Positions 48,967 to 63,697 of a DNA stretch of 64,000 nucleotides are shown here, piece after piece. Below the pieces are notes generated by a model. It searched no databases. It saw only the letters and a program-made list of their open reading frames with translations, and was not told where the DNA came from. A program made the position numbers and the translations under genes. The DNA lies in the NCBI GenBank assembly GCA_965655095.1, contig OZ296650.1:9424001-9488000 (forward strand). Reading direction: 5' to 3'. This stretch comes from Haplodiscus bocki. Its lineage: Eukaryota. How positions within the stretch are numbered: the first letter of the stretch is position 1; every line of letters starts with the position of its first letter.

Positions 48967-51900
48967 TGCTAGTTCTAAATTTAGAAATGACATAATAGAA
49001 GTAATAATAGCAACTTACCGTTTGAAGGGATAGTTGTTGGAGAGCGGTAGCAAAGTTGGAATTGCACATTTTGAAACTTCAGAATTTCGTTGCCATGCCT
49101 CAGACGGAAAACAACGAAGCTTTCCTATTTGTTACCCCCCCCCCCCCCGTTTTCGGATTCTGATTTTATTGCTTCACGAACGGCCCACCTTCTTCATTTT
49201 TTGACGCTTTTTGACAGATCACCATATTTGGTGCTCCTTGGCGCAAGGCCTACCGTACTTGGTCATAACCTTGAAAAGTACGAGAGCTCGGCCATTTTGA
49301 GCGGCCGGGCGCCAACAGTAAAAATCATAATTTTCTTGATCGTCTACTGTCAACCACCACCTCCAAAACAGAAAATTACTCAAAATTCTAACTTTCTCTT
49401 CTGAAATCTTCGAAACTTCAGAAAATTGGGAACTTTGAACAAAATTCCAAATTTCTTCAAATTTCGCCAAAACCTCTCCGATTTTGGAATATCTCTTCTA
49501 TTCAAAGACAGAAACTACTATCCGAAAACTAAAAGGAAAGAATTGCGAACAGTACAACAATATACTGAACTTTTGAACAAACTGTAAGTATTTAAAATAA
49601 CTAACCCTGGCAGAGTACATCTCGCCAGGAAACTTAGTTAATTAGGATCGGGTTCGGTCAGTTGATACTCTGATTAAGAGTGGCCACGAAGATTGCTCTG
49701 AACAAGAGCTCAATTATTTAAACTTCCCGATACCTGGGAGAATCGCTCAGTGGTCCTACCATTTGGGGTTGTGCTTTTATTGGCTTCCTCCATTGAAGTG
49801 AAATGATGCTGGGTCTTAGATAAAATTAACTACTAACCCAGTGACGATCAGTCTCAGGTTCATTGGTTTTATTCGATGTTAATTTCCTGAACCTAGGAGA
49901 AATTGCACGGTTGCGACGCCATAAAGCGAGTTACCGTGTCTTAGTTACCAAACCAAACTTCTGATCGGAACTGAGCCAGCGGTCACAAAATCCCTAGATT
50001 TTACTCTACGGGTTGACAACTATGTACTGGCCTCAGAGAAATCGATAGGTTGATTAGTTACGCGAATTACCGAGTCTTAGCTAAAAATGACTCAGAGGTT
50101 CACTTTTAAAAGAACTTGTTAGAAAAGACGGATGACTTTAATCTCCGTTCTAGCATAAACTTAAAGCAAATCGATGGTGCACAATGGCAACTCTTCTCCT
50201 ACAAGGGTACAAAATGTATTACTTTTAGCTACTGGAGCTACAGTTAATTCAGTATTTTACTTTCGCGACAATTAAAAGCGCGTGCAACAAAATTTTCCTT
50301 AAAATACAGATGAAAAAATTTGGTTCCTCATTCTGGAATAAAACTGTTGGGTGTTTATAATCTAGTTCAAACAGCTCCAAAGTTGTAAAGTTGCTAACAT
50401 CCTTACTTTGAATACCGTTGGAATACAGTGAATTTTGGACGAAATATTATGTGCCTAAACCAGTACCGTTCTCTCTGTTAACTTTCAACCACGTCTGACA
50501 TTACAAGTATTAGATTTGAACCATAAATTTCTTGAATTGTATAAAAGAACTGCTTGCTATGAATAAATTCTTAAGAAATCTTTCAACCACTCCATAGCTA
50601 TTCACTAAGTCCTTGCCAGCGTATTCCGTATTCACGCTCTACTTTGTTCACGCGGGCCGGCAAGGCAACTTTGAGACCGAGGGTTCCTTAAACAGTAATG
50701 GCCGCACACTAAGAACATTGACAAGTCTTTGTCAATATAAATTGGAATCAAAATAATCTACCACCCCGCGCGACAAAAGATACTGCATTTTTTGTACTTT
50801 TCGACCCCGAGTCAAAAGGCAGCCAAAAAAAGTATAATCACATTAACAAGAAATTGAATCATTGAATAACACCAGCTTCCATTCTACAGGTTCTATATTT
50901 CTTTTCATATTTGTTGTACAGTGAAAAATGACGCAGGTAAAACTGCATGTGAAAGTCGCGTGAAAATGTCTTCCATTGACGTGATTCAAGTACTACACAG
51001 AGGAGACACAGGATATTCTTAGTAGGACGGTATGGGAAGCAGAAGAACTAGGGATGTCTTAGTGTGGGTCAGAGATACCTTACTATGGTACAAACATGGG
51101 ATTTACCAAGTTATCCCTGTGTCGTGCCCCGGGGCAGTTTTAAGTTATCCAAAGTCCAAGTATGTACCCATTAACTAATCGTGTAACATTCTGATAACTT
51201 ATGCGCTTCACCAAAAGCATAATCAAGCCCTGGAGGTTAAATTTGATGAAAATTATACTTTCATGTGCGCAGGGCATTCTCAACACGATCTTGATACGGG
51301 TTGTATCTCTCACAGGCCTGGGGTACATGGGCGTCTTAATATGGACCCAGGAATATCACCAGGGCCAGAGATACCTTCTTATAAAAAACGATAATAATTT
51401 TATATGGTCCTCAATTTAGCAAAAACGGATTCGAGTTTTTAAAAAGCAAATGACGGAAAAGATCCTGAAAGTCATCTGCCCCTTAAAAGAAAGCCTTCTT
51501 AAAGTGCATTCTTGGGGTACGCTAAAGTATCAATGTGCTCCTTCCATCTTGGAGGAAGTGTTTAAAGAATTACTTCAGAGTCCTTCCGTGAGACGATTGG
51601 ACAGTCATTAAGTTTTGTAATGCTACTTGTAAATATAGATGTGTTTTCCCCAACGCCGGTATTAGCTCGTGAACCACTAAGGTCACTACTTTTCATTGCT
51701 GTGTTGTTTGACCGAGGACGCCTTGCTAAAGCTGAATTAACGAAACCCTATCTATGACATTAGATAGCGTGTTTATAACTAAATTTTTTCTCAATTCCAT
51801 TTTCAATAGCGTCGTCCATCCATCATGAAAGCACTTGAAATTCATCTTTTACATTATGAGATTCTATGAGGCAATGAAAACTGCGGCGGTAGCGTTTGCT

Positions 51901-52699
51901 CTGTTTTAATTGTTTTCAGTACCAATCACTGGAGGCTGATTCGTCACCACTTAAGATGGCCCTATGTCCTACTGTTTCTGCCTCTCGAGTAGTTCTCCAG
52001 TTTCAAGCATTTTTGTTTTCTATCTAGTTTTCGAAGTTAGTCTGAAAGTGAAAAATTTTGCAAAAGTTTAGTTGACAGTTTCTACAGAAACCAAAAAAGC
52101 TTGAAAAAAACAGTGTAAGAAGAATTTACAATTTTTTATCAGAAAACTGTAGGACAACTGAATCTGGAAAAATTTGTTGGCGAAATGAGCCACTGTTTTG
52201 GAGAAGGACAAGTGAAAGGACAAAAGCGGGTTGCTAGCTTTTGCTGTTAGAATCCTTTCTACTCGCTGACGAGTGGTCACGTAAAGACAAGGAAGTGACT
52301 TGAAAAAATCGTTGAGCTACTCCTACCTTGACATCCGGTTATGAAAAACATGACGTCAAGGACGATATGATTTTATTGGTGGTAATGATTTGACGACGGA
52401 ACAAGTCCCATTTAACGACTGATGACATAATTTCTAATCCATATTGCAATAATCCATATTGCAAGAATTTAAAAAATAACTTGGGTCTGCAACTTTGAAA
52501 ACAAGTTTTTAATAGAAAATAGTTATTCGTCTATCGCTTAATGAGCAATTCATATTCATGAAGATCGCTTCTTTAAGGTGCCATGAACCTCTAGATCCAT
52601 TCCTCAGACATTTTAACAACTAATAAATACGACCACTTATACCTCAAATAAATCAATACAAAAATTTCTGATCGGTAGTTACAGAGTTGTAATAACAAA

Positions 52700-55600
52700 A
52701 ACTAAATGGCTTCAACAAGAGGGATTATGAGATGAGTCTAATTGATATCGAGGCTAAGTAAAAGACGTTTCAGCGGGCGTTCTCATTGACTGAGAAAATT
52801 GAACTACGGTCCCAATGCAGGTCACCCTGTGCAATAGTCCTGATTTCCGTAACGAATCTACAGCAGTAGCGACTTCATATAAGATACCTCAAGATCTCAC
52901 TGTCCTCTCGCGCAACGTTTTATAAAACTACTCAGTTGCCGTAATATAGGAATGCTTCGTCTCGCAAGAAATGTTATGAAAACTTCTTCCACAAATATAC
53001 AGGAACTAATCACATGAGAAAAAAGGGGCCTCCACGGAAGGAGATATGTCATGTAGTCAGTAGTTCAAAAACAGTTTGGTATGGCTTCGGATGTTGCCTG
53101 TTGTCAATTTTATCAATCTGAAGGAGTCTTCCTTTGGGTTGGCTGGATCACACTAGGAATTTTCATGACAGAAATTGGAATAACTGCTCCGGTTCGCTGA
53201 TTCCACAATCAGCTTTGTTAAAGGTTGTTGAAGTTTCTCCCCTTGGCTTTTAGAAATGTATACTAACGTTTGCGACGGTGAGTCCTCCACCAATGACTGG
53301 GAAGCCTCGATCAAATGCTTCAAAATAATGATTCATCTTTGACAACCTCGACGCTGCCACAATGGGTGCCTCTGAAGGCCGTGACTTTAGCTTTCATATC
53401 ATTCCTTCGCTCCGGAGGATGAAATCTTCCTCTGATCATTTGCGAAAACTCTTCGAGCTTCAACTTGATGAAACTGGTCATATCTGGTCTTTCCATTTCA
53501 CATTGAGTTCTTCTGGGCAGTTGTTGAGCTTCTCTAAACAACTTCATTTTTCCTGTATTCGAAGAAAATGGAAACGATACATGTGGGAAGAAATCGTGGG
53601 TTCAGTCTGCAAACTTGGCGTGGCTTCGGACCTATCTCTCAGTGGCTGTGGCGTATGTTTTAGTCATGGCAGGACTTCCCAATTCCCAAATTTCGAATTC
53701 ACACACTCGAGTCAACCTATTTCATGGCGTCAAAAATCTGATTGTCAGTTCTCGCTTCATGACAACTTGTTTTCGGTAGATCTTCGAAGCCTGCTTTTTT
53801 GTTGTCTTGAAGGTCTTAAGTAGTTTCGAACACATGGGCCTTTTGTTATTTTACTTAAGATCAAGAAAGTCGCAAAGTGGCTAATGAGATTGACAGGTTT
53901 TGCGGCTTGTGTACGTTCACTGTTGTGGGTTCTACGGTTTTGAAACAGCGGCGGAGTTGCACCATTTTTTGAGAGTATTTTCCTTGTCCTCTCCTCATTT
54001 CTTCGAGCAGTCAACCGTTTGTTCGGTTTCAGTTATGATCAGATCAGTGGAAGCGTGCCAGGTTGCCTGTGTTTATCTTGGATTCGTTTTCAAAATCGTG
54101 GTTGCTAGCAATGCTCTGAAAATTTCAAGAATCATCACAAGAGCCTAGAGGAAGTGTTTTGTCACTTCTTGGGTCAAATCATCTGACCACAAGTATTTCT
54201 TATCAAGGTCGTCTCACCTGCTGTTGCAGGATGGCACAGGGGCGCAGTTCCCACCCTCAAGACAGTCTGTCGATGAAAAATCATCCTACTATGTTTGAGC
54301 CAATTTTTTAAGCATTTTCAAAAGACTTCCACCACACTGATCTTCTTCTCTTACTCGTAGGCTCCAACATCTTTGTTGGTATCTAAATTTTCATTTTCTG
54401 CTTTTCTTTCCTCCAAGTCACTTGACAAACTTCATTCCGCAAACTAGCTGTCCAAGTTGCTCTGCTTCTCTGGAGGTTTTGCCAGCCGCACCATATCATC
54501 ATATTTGAAACTCCCATCTTCCGATATTTGAGGCTCTGGAAACAAGGGACCCTCGTCTTTTCTGTCTTTTTCTGGTTTCCGTGGCAACTTCGCCAAAAGT
54601 AAAGGAAGAGAGATCTTCGTCAGCAACTAATGGGTGCGTCTACAGACAATCATTGACAAGAGTTTCAGATTTTTCGAGTTTTTTGGTTTTTTGGAAATTT
54701 CTGATATCTGAAATATACTTGCAGTGAAAACAGGTTCTCAGTTTTCCTTTTGTTGATTTTTCTTTGGCGATGACTCGCCAGAAGGGGCCTTGGATAAGTT
54801 TTCCTCCAAAAGTGACTCTAGGGGGCCAAAAAAGTGGTGTTTTTGGAATAATTGCAGAGTTCAGAAGTACTATTCTCAACTTCCCTCAGTTAGTTCCACC
54901 TGCTGCACTCTTGCACTCAACTGCATGTTGGGATTTTACTGTAGGTAACGATGCATTAAAAAAAGGCCTTGATATAACTTACAGAGATATTCATTTGTGT
55001 GTTTTTTCGGTTGAAAAACAGAACTCTTCACAAAGTCGAAATTGGAGTTGTCGGAAGTCCTCAAAATCACTCTCAAGAGCCTACACTAGCTCAGCATCAT
55101 CCCTAGATTCTGGGTGATTCAGGAAGCAAAAATATGAGGACGTTGCTGCGAATCTGTAAACGGATTTGAGCTTCGTCCATTTTTGACCCAATTTCTCTGT
55201 GACTTATCAACTGTCAAATTTCAAAAACCGGAAATCACTTCACAAGTTTGGATTAACATCAATAAAAAATAAGGAACTTCTAGCAGTAGAGTACGAACAG
55301 AAACCATGTAGTTTGACATAATTCAACTGCAAATTGATTTATTCGGAGCTCCCGAAATTGAAATTTGAATGAAATTGAAAAAAAATTGATGTTTTTTCAG
55401 AGATATTTACTTTCTGCTGTTCCAAGTTTCCTCCAGAATGGCCTACATCTTCATAATTAGGTGTCCATGGTTATTGTTTGGTACCAGAAGTCTAAATTTT
55501 ACTGTGCGAAATCTCGGTTGTTCAGACCTTTGGTCCCAAAAGTGATCAAGTTGGTGTTTTTTAGCAGAGTTTTTGAGGCCTGGGTTAAATCGATCCGCCG

Positions 55601-56740
55601 ATTGTTCTCGGACGTCTCACGTCTCGAAGTTTCAGCCTTCAGATGTTGCTACACTTGCAGAATTTTTGTCCACAAGCTCTCTAATTTTGCTGCAATCAAC
55701 CCAGAAAACGGCACTCAATCACACGTTGGGTCACGGATTATGGATCCCGACTAAGATGAGCTTTGCAGAGTGGGGTGAGATTCCGGTTGGGGAAAACAGT
55801 GCTTTCAAGCTTTCGGCCAAAGATGAGGTACTTTTGTGGTTCTTTGGCTGTTTTTTGAAGGGTATTTGTCGTAATTGGCTGAAAATTGCCATATCGTCTC
55901 TTTTTGTTCAGCTGAGTTCTGATCGAAAGCAATTGGGGTGCTACCACAATCTGAATATGGCGCGCTTTCTCCCACCAAAAAGCCTCATTCGGAACTTAAA
56001 CTGTGACCGTCTGAATTGTCTCAAATCAGCTCCAAAACTGTCAGTTCTGATCCAAAACTACTAGAAATTACCTTCCGAGTTGAAAAAAGGGTGCTGGGTG
56101 TGAAACACTTCATTAAGTTTTCTGAATTGAACTTTTGTGCTCATTAAAATTACCTTCCACACAGGCTACTTTTTGACGTTTTCGGCGACAACCAGTTGAA
56201 GGTGGCTGCTTGGGTTGAGAGTTTCGAGAGAAGTGCTTGGCCTTCCTCCGAACCTGTGCCAACTCTATGTTAGATTCAAATATTTTTCAATCTACTCTTA
56301 GTCCCCTGTTTTGGAACAGGGTCTTCTTATGGTATATGCGACCGAAAAACTAGGACGGCGGCTTCGTCAGCCAATTTTGGCTAGCAACAGCTCATAAGGT
56401 AACGAGGAAACGGAAAGAAATGAGCGTTACAACCTTGCAGTCTTGATACCAAATGCAAAAATGGGTTGAGAAAACTTAGTAAAAATTGAAACAATCAAAT
56501 TTTCCAGGAAAAGAGCACTCTCAGAGTGACTGTTCCGGGGGTTTCTTTGGCTTTTTTGTTCTGTTCGAGGACAATCAGGACAATCAGGTGGCAGGGGACG
56601 TATCTGGACTTCATGAAAAATATCTTCCTGCTTCTTTTTCTTCATTCTTCTACTGTTTTGTGGCTATTTTTGGATTGTAATCGCTATGTTGTTTCCTTTC
56701 TCTTAACTTTTTGGATCCTCACTGCCAGCAGCTAGCCTAG
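52700..56740 (-). mobile_element. Heavily decayed Ty3/Gypsy-type LTR retrotransposon (gag-pol remnant)
   Basis: Minus-strand remnants in Gypsy order: RT-like GTAP.AILQQ and WSDDL (~54180-54260), RNase H-like FDA and YATATER (~53640-53740), integrase-like THCG, FITFLARRSI, ERTVRS and RTPAE (~52760-53370). PBS-like TGGCAGTGAGGAT at ~56715-56727. Boundaries uncertain. Confidence 0.5.
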
Positions 56741-59700
56741 CATTGTAACGACACAAATTTGAGGAGACGTGAACTTTTTCGAAAGCCTGATGATGCTACC
56801 TACAGCACCAGTCACGGATCTGGAAAGATACCTCTTGGAAACCTAGGAATTCTAAATAAAAATTTGAAGTATTGGCAAACAATGAAGTGTTTCCTACTCA
56901 CTTGCTCTAGGGACTCCTTACAGAAAAACTTCCGATAGATTAAGATCTCAAGGACTGGTACTTCTGGGGACAGAATGCTCACCAGGAACGTTTCTGTGTG
57001 AATACGTAGACTGAAAATTGACTACTTTGTGGTTGTTGTCAGGCTGGGTTATGCCGGGGAAGAGTATTTTCCGTCGTGTTGTACTGAATTGTTTGTTGTT
57101 CACCATTATGTGTACAGAACTCTTGAAAGGTTTCTGTGACATAAAAACTGACTCCAGGTGTTGAAGAAGGTGTAGCTCACTTCAGATAAACTTTAAGATA
57201 TTCCTCTTCTTGAATGCTCATAAAAAATCCCATGATGTTCACAAAATCATCTTATATGAACTTTTCACGCAATATAGATAGAGTTCTTCTCTTGTGATTT
57301 TTTTATGAGTTCCTCGTGCGGCTCTGCCTGACTGTCTTGCGTATAAACGCTTTTGCAAAAAAAAATCAGTGCAGTTTTGAGGTGTTTTTGGTCAAATGCA
57401 CTGCGTCAAACTTCTTCGCGGCTCGTATATTTTACACTTTTCTCCAATTTAGTGATATTTAAAAAATTTTATTTGCATTAGCTATGAAGCATTTCAAGCA
57501 GGTTTGGTTTTCAAGACAACTGGTTTATGGCGTAGAAAGTCAACTTGATAGATTCAAATCGCTACTAAAAAGCAAGAATGAGCAGTAACAGATGAATCTT
57601 CGTCTGAATGTGTATGCATTAGCTACGTAGCAATTCAAGCAGGATTTCAAGATCTGGTTTTTTTGCGTAGAAATAAAACTTGATCGATAAAAATCATTAC
57701 TGCAGTCAAGAACAAGCTAATGCAGACAAATTTCAGCTGAATGTCAAAGATGACGAAATAAAAAATCGGTGCAGCTACAGTTGACTATGGGCTTCGAGTC
57801 AAAGAAGTCACAGTGTTCTGAATGTTGCGCAGGAAGGCGTAGCTTCTGTAGTTATTGAACGGTAGCTGCAAAAATTTTAAACCCTCATAACAAACAGAAT
57901 GATTTCAGGCTGAGAAATGAACTTTTGTGGCAAATATTTGTCAAAGAAACACAATTTAGGTAAATATTGCTGCAACAGCAACTTGAAAACTTTCGAATAG
58001 GACCCACAAAGGGCTTTACAAAATACCTAAGGATGATAAGATAGTTTGAAGTTATCAGCATTACCTAATAAGGACAAGATATGGAAAAACCCAATGTTCA
58101 CAAAAGTTTCGGCTACTCGGAAAATTTTCATCCCACAAAATGCTGTTTAGAAATTAACATTTCTCTACTTACATGCTTCCGTACGCTTCTTGGATCTTTT
58201 TGACCGTTCACGTGAGTAGAATTGGCAAGAGAAATGAGTACATTCAGACAAGACAACTTGAATTTCCGACGATTTTGTCAGAAATTAAAATTCTTCGGAA
58301 AGTTTCAACTCTTCAGAAAATCAGGAGAAATATTTTCTCAATGCTGAAAATGTTTTTGTTGATGCATTGATGCCAGATGGTCTCCTATTGTATGACTAAA
58401 ATTATTCGAGTTTCCAGCAGATTTTCGGCCATCGGAAAGTTTTTCGCAAAATCCGATAAACTCTCGCAGGCAGTAGCAAAACATCAGACTTCGTTCAAGA
58501 AGTTTACAGAATTGTGGGGCACTGCTTGGAGGTACTAGAGGTGAAAAACTACCAGTTTAGTTTAAAAAAGTTTTCAAAGACTGACAGTGTTTCGGCGAGA
58601 AAAAAAAACAGAAAGGGTAAAAATTCGAAAAATTTCAAGTTTTGATCTTTTGATCGGGGAAAAGGCAGTCATGAGATTTCTCAAGTTGAGTCAAAAACAA
58701 TTAAACAGCTATGTACTTATCATGAAATCTGCGAAAAAATTTAGGACAATCATAGGCGCTAATGTGCTTAGCGCACGGCTAGCGAAGGCACTCAACCTTT
58801 GACCACAACGCCAATCAGATGCTTATGCAATGCTAGAGAGCATATAGCAAAATTCGGGAAAATTAGGCAGAGAACAACCAAGAGATGACAGCGGCGGTTG
58901 AAGATATCTATCCTAACCTGAAAAAAAAATAGATTTAAAAAGAGAACCTGGTCAACTCAAAGGTCAGCCACAGCGAACCACTGTTTAGCAAATGCCGTCT
59001 CAGAGCAGCAAAGTTCCAAACACTAACAACTAGGGTGTTAAGTAAAGAAACACGGATCTAGAATCAAAAAATTCTCCCAAAAAGCCGTGTTTTTTTGACA
59101 AATTTTCTGAAAAAAAACTTGACTTAAAGGTTTCGGTCGAAATTCTGTGAAGAATCAGAAAATATCGGCTAAAAATTGAGTGAAACTAACGCTTCATTTT
59201 CCATCACCTAACCATTAATGGGATGCCATACATGGGATATTAGGTTAGAGAAATGCGACAAATTAACACTTGTCCTCTGAAACAATTTGGGTTTTCAAAT
59301 AATTTCGGCAAAAACTCGCGGACGATAAAGTTTCGTCCACCCACAGTTTCGGCCCCAGTCAATTACAACATTGCGAGTGCATCTAAACAACAAACAAACG
59401 GATTCTTCAAATGCTTTTGTAGAAACTGAGCGTCAAATTTAGGAAACGCAGTGGGCAATGGGGAATGCCAAATCTGTTTCGAAAAAATTCAAAAACATCT
59501 GCTCTTTTTTAACAAAAACTGACCGAAAAAAAATGGCGGAAAATCACAGAGCCAGTCGTTCAACTGAAAGAAAGTTTATCGATTAATGCAAAAATATAAG
59601 CATATCCAAGCTTCCTGTACAGACAGGAATCAAAAATCTACCCTTTGCCGTCTAAAAAACCCGACAATTGAAAATTTCATCGCTAATAACACGCCGAAAA

Positions 59701-61007
59701 AAAGTCGGCAGCCAAAAATTCGGAATATGATAGATGGAGAACCCGTCGTAGTGTTTACACAAAAATCGGAAAAATCCGACCAATAGGTGCCGAGAAAATT
59801 ACGTTTACAGAGATGAAACACAGGGGGATGTCACGGACGGGGAAAAAAGTCATTTTGACGTGTCCTTGTGCGAATAGGCTTCGCTCCGCTCGCCCAAAAA
59901 CATCAAGCGTCTTCATTAGGGGCAATCTTGTTTCACTGGAAGCCCTAATATTGGAGCTTGTCCAAAGTGATTTGCGAACTGAAATATCTACCAAGTTTAC
60001 TTTCTACGCAGGAGTCACGTTGTCTTGAGATTCTGCTCACCATGTTTTTAAATGTTTCAAGAACACCATTTCTGAATCAATATGGTGTCCGAAGTACTTA
60101 AAGTTTGTAACAGAAACCTTTCCGAGGCGCTGCCAACATCATGGCAGACAACAAATGATCCGGTACAAGACGGTGGAAAATCTTTTTATCCTCAAATCAG
60201 TTGTAATTTTGAGGTACTACAATCTATGTTCGATTCTTGAGAGGAGGCGAAGTGATTTCCATGGATTGATGGCATCGAACAACACTATGTGTAGCCCACG
60301 GCTCCTGAAGACTAAAGTTGTAAGGTAAGAACAGTGGTGGTTGATAAGAGTTCACTCCTAGGCAGAAAAGGGAGATTTCTGAAGAAGAATTATTGTATTG
60401 ATATTACAACAAAACAGGGTAAAGTTTGAGTCATTTCAGTTCTTTTTCTGTCAATACCTCCAGTAATTCGGCGTCTATATGTCTGAAAAGAGAAAGTGTT
60501 GTAGCGGATATATGATTTGCTGCTTCTATGATGTTGGATTGCTCATTTGCATCCCTAGCATGTCAGAAAAATATCAAAACGGTGACTTTGATGGGTGATA
60601 CTGATCTCCACAATTCGAAAAAGGTCGAGCTTGCAGGTTTTCAATGCAGTTGCCCCTCATGAATCTTCAGATTATATTGAGTGATCATTATACTAATACG
60701 TTGATTACATTACTTGACATATCTTAACTAACTCACCTGAGTATTCACCGGATGTAATCACCCAGTAACGAAATCACAACTTTGTAGTAGAGTAGTAGAA
60801 CCCTTTAGCAGGCCTAAAGCTGGGACCACAAGTTGCCAAGTATGAGACCAAGGAATATCCTTCCACATCCTTGACTCCTACAATTTTGATGATCCTAATT
60901 TCGTTTTGTGTTCTGGGAAGAGAGGGAAAATACTTGGTGAAATGTTGGCATGGTACGATGTTTAGGCTCAGCCTACAAACTTAGACTTAAAAGTGCTTTG
61001 TAAAATA

Positions 61008-61675
61008 AGGGGTTGTCTGATCCTGATGGCTATGTATACTTACTGAGTAGCTATAACAAAATACCAAAAGACAATATTCGAAATAAACCCATAGTAATTT
61101 AAATAATGACACTTCAAGTCTCTGGTCTCATTATTGGAATTTCTTCTGAGTGGCAGCTTTTCTCGGTTGTCGATCTTGCTATCTTTTGTTTTTGTGATCA
61201 AATTTTGGAACAGCTCTGGCTTGTACTTTCCCACCTCTCCAATTTCTCACTGCCTTTTTCATTCCCAATATGTTGAACTAACATCTAAGATTGAACTTGG
61301 AACTCTTCAAAAATTATGCGATCTTACAGATTTCTACTAAAATAAGAAAAAGGTGCTCGGACTAATTTTAATCGGAAAAACAATTTAATTGAAAAATTTT
61401 CAACTCGCAGTGCCAGGAACCTCTGGGGGCCGGGTGCGTTTGGCGTTTTGAAATTTTGTGTGTGTTTTCTATACTTTCGTACTGGTTGGCGATGATATAT
61501 GACCTTTTACCCGGACCATCTTCTGATAGTTGTGTAGTAGAAACGTTTCGTCGACCTGCGTTCGCAGAATTTTGACGAAGTAAAAATTCCGTCTTGCATG
61601 CTATTTCTACATGCTGGGCAAAAAAATGAGCTTTCGGAAATGGAAAAGGTGGGTAAACACTAGCCCGCACTGTCG
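61008..61675. mobile_element. Two family-B fragments in opposite orientation
   Basis: 61008-61240 matches 19124-19350; 61325-61675 is the reverse complement of about 19310-19665. Confidence 0.7.
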
Positions 61676-62433
61676 AAAAATGACGTCAACGCAATTGGTT
61701 TTGTTGTAAAATTCTTGGGATTGTTTGTTTGATTGACATTAGGTGGCCTTACAGGTCATAACAGCATAAATTTATGCATATTCCTTTAAATAAAAACTTT
61801 ATGGTTTTGAAAAAAAAAACAGATTTTGCTTGAATTGATTGTTCCGAAATATTTCTGATACTTCTTCAGTTCGCTTAGAACTTTAATTAGATTGCCTTCA
61901 GCAAGTTTTTGAAAAAGTCGAAACAGTTTATTTATTCAACAACAGATGAGACAAAACAAAAATTTTTATTAATATCTATCGTCGAAACGGTCAGAAAAGG
62001 AGCTAATCAGTTCTTCGAGTTTCTGCCCGAAATTTTTTTTTGCAAAAGGCGCCCCAACCACCTCTTCAGGAGCGCCTTAGCTCAATCATCTCATTTAACT
62101 GAGAAAATAGTGGTGGCTAACATCAATCATAAAATTTGGCATATCACTTCGAATTCCTCGGTAATTTGATCTTTCGAATTTTCGTTCTTTTTGCACCACT
62201 TTTTAGAAAAACTGACAACGCACTTATTAAAGTACTCGTTGGCTTTCTTAGCGAGAAAAGACTACATCAAAAAATGATACTTCGATATTTCCTTTTCAAC
62301 ATAGCAATGTTTTAAAGTGGCTCTCAATCCGATATACGCAATTTTTTCTTTGTAAGAAGATGAAACATAGAATAATTCATGGGTAGGTAGCATTTTTTGC
62401 ACCACAAGGCTGCTTTACGTGGCATCCCATTCT

Positions 62434-62760
62434 TTATCCCGGACCAATGGATCCCCCGTAGAACTGTTTCATCCTGCTTTGTTCCTTGGCTGACCTCATA
62501 TTAGCTTGGTTGAGTGAATTGAGGAACCCCACGTTGAAATTGGACATGGCCTGGTCTTCCGTCAATGCGTATTCGTCAAAATAACGACCATTTTTTTCCT
62601 CGTGGTGGATAGGAAACAGCGACTGCAATGCTTGGTGTGCATCTTGGTTATTTTCAAAATTGGGGCTGAAAAACAAAATTGTGAAGGGCAACTCTTTGGT
62701 GTACAAACTGCTAACCCTAAACTGTCCACACATTTTTGTGTTTTTGTGTGTGCCGAAAAC
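62434..62760 (-). CDS. Possible host exons separated by a ~48-bp intron
   Basis: Minus-strand GTTAGC...TTTTGTTTTTCAG intron joins ...KCVDSLG to PNFENNQDAHQ...GGSIGPG in frame; product unknown. Confidence 0.3.
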   Translation of the reverse strand, partial: VFGTHKNTKMCGQFRVSSLYTKELPFTILFFSPNFENNQDAHQALQSLFPIHHEEKNGRYFDEYALTEDQAMSNFNVGFLNSLNQANMRSAKEQSRMKQFYGGSIGPG

Positions 62761-63697
62761 AAAATATTTCGAACTGACCTTCCCAATAAATAAGCTATTT
62801 CGTTGAAAAAAAAACGAATTCATTGATGTTTCCGAGTTTTTGAAAAACCGCTTTGTATGTATACCAGAGAAGGTATACAAAAAAGGCAGTGACGAACGTA
62901 CCAAATGCCCCAAACTGTTTTTTCGGCACGAGGCGACAAAAACGGAATTCTCCAAAGCACTGAATATTTTCAAAACATTAAAGCATGGAAAATTTAATGA
63001 GAATCATTCAAAAGTGAATATGCCTTAAAATTGTCTTTCTGTACCTTTGGTTATTCTTTTAACCTCGGTTTCTTTAGTCGGCGTTTTAAAGAAAATGAAA
63101 AGCCCAACTATTATAGGGACTACAGACAGTAATGATTAAAACAGGCGCATCAAAGTTTTCAAAATAGACCTAATTTGAGAAACCTCATTGACTAATTGAG
63201 ACAAATACGCAAATATTATTAGTCCACTTGAGACAAAACTACGTTTGTACTGAACTTGGGTGTGTAATAAAATACTTTTCGCTAAACTATTCTTCCCAAA
63301 AAACCCGAATATCCTGAACCGACTGGTAGAAATGATATGAACAAATGTTCTAAAACATGGAAGTCTTGAAATTCCTATGTCAATATATGTCAACTCAAAA
63401 AAGGTTACTTTCGAAGCTCAATACTTTCATTATTTTCAATTGCCTTTTGATTCAAAATGTATCAGTGGCTTCAAGATGGTCGTTGAAATTTTTTGATTTA
63501 AAAATTTGTCCGAAAAAAAATTTCAAGTTCGGAAAACAGCAAATTTGAGCCAAAAAATGTCCAAACATGGCTATTCGTAACTTTTGAAAATGAGAAAGAT
63601 TGTAAACTAGATAATAATCTAAAATAGTACTAGTAACGACATTTGGACTTTTCTGAAAAATCATAAAGGTTTTTGTGATACTCGGATTTGAGATTTG

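Noticed and set aside
57474-57700. ~140-bp local duplication (TGCATTAGCTA...GCGTAGAAA)
   Set aside because: Real but a degenerate two-copy duplication with no sign of function.
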